From Klebsormidium nitens (lineage: Eukaryota > Plantae > Klebsormidiophyceae), in the NCBI GenBank assembly GCA_000708835.1, contig DF236999.1, forward strand, positions 62,001-126,000: DNA of 64,000 nucleotides, read 5' to 3'. Of this stretch, positions 63,401 through 64,000 are shown one piece after another. The notes under the pieces are model-generated. The model saw nothing but the letters and a program-made list of their open reading frames with translations, searched no databases and was not told the origin of the DNA. The stretch's first letter is position 1. The number at the start of each line of letters is the position of its first letter. A program made the translations under genes and the position numbers.

Positions 63401-63722
63401 GGGCCTTGACCCAAGCGGAGTAGTGTTATAAGCACGAACTTGACAAAATTGACAAAGGATGGCAAAAAAACTTCGTCTAGACAAGATTTGGACCATGAAA
63501 GGTAGGATGACGATAATTGACTCTACAAGACTGTGTGCTAGGACGGTTTGATAACAAGCGACTGATGATCATCTGCATGTCAACTTACCAAGAACACTTT
63601 TCGAATCTCGTGTTTGAGGGTCACAAAGCCCCCCTCCCGGTTTGTCGGGTCTCTGTCAAAGATCTTCTCATGAGGCCCCAAGGGATGAAAGCAAAGGGGC
63701 GTTTGGATGTCAAGGCCAAGAT
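60484..63722 (-). CDS. Class A beta-lactamase-like serine hydrolase of bacterial type; 3' seven exons, 5' end outside the window
   Basis: Exons 63722-63589, 63293-63226, 62708-62489, 62118-62023, 61691-61563, 61204-61110, 60820-60484; six GT-AG introns with consistent phases. Spliced motifs: LKHEIRKVFLVSDNDAYNRLYTFVGQAELNERM, GTGYIEDGRLVEEPMDFSWKNYMTLTDLQDFL, MLQYPSQSCNPQYD...YPDDYCKFFLPG, RIYNKVGRAYGFSIDNAYI, FFLSAAIYTNANGIIDDDIYEYD...LADLG. Confidence 0.85.
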
Positions 63723-64000
63723 CTGTTCGAAACAAAGGGGCACTTTGTTTAAAACTAGATCTTATCAACATTTTCATTTGTCAATCTAGACGAACGAGTT
63801 TCATCACAATTGGGGCTATCTGGTTCCCTCCGCGTAGACTTACTATATCAGGGCTTCCACGTTCTAAGAAAGAAGGCAACAGGGAAAGCTGGATTTGTAG
63901 GCAAGATGCAAGATGTTACCACAGATAAAGGAGGTGGCAGCGGTCGCTTGAGCCTTGAGCAGAGTGGACTTTGTAGACACAAAGACAAAAGAGGAACTTC

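Noticed and set aside
63901-64000. Candidate further exon of the beta-lactamase-like gene ending at GTAACA (about 63920)
   Set aside because: The phase fits but the translation shows no SxxK-region similarity, so it was not included in the model.
1-64000. CRISPR arrays, rRNA, LTR or LINE coding remnants, prokaryotic operons
   Set aside because: No repeat-spacer arrays, rRNA-like sequence or RT/integrase/transposase motifs seen. All protein genes are spliced eukaryotic genes.

Overview
Intron-rich eukaryotic nuclear DNA with plant-type genes. The gene set (VSR, CNGC, RGLG, plant LRR, PPOX1), GC-rich exons and mostly 150-600 bp introns suggest a streptophyte green alga such as Klebsormidium (inference). 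I spliced the genes by hand; exon phases stay consistent in every model. In order: 5' part of PLP3/TXNDC9 (-); RGLG copine-RING E3 ligase (+); an 18-exon, about 23-LRR secreted protein ending in a GPI-type signal (-); an 18-exon RECQL4-type helicase whose hidden 5' exons encode an Sld2-like N-terminus, plus a SAP domain (+); an unknown 312-aa protein (-); a 16-exon CNGC with an unusual pore motif (+); a candidate 46-aa membrane microprotein (-); VSR (-); a 548-bp PIF/Harbinger-type MITE with TTA target duplication; an importin-beta family gene (+); APC15 (-); PPOX1 (+); an assembly gap; tRNA-Leu(CAA); and the 3' part of a spliced, bacterial-type class A beta-lactamase-like serine hydrolase (-). 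The strongest leads are the Sld2+SAP RECQL4, the candidate horizontally acquired beta-lactamase-fold gene and the GPI-type LRR protein with two island insertions. Family assignments come from recognised motifs, not database searches.
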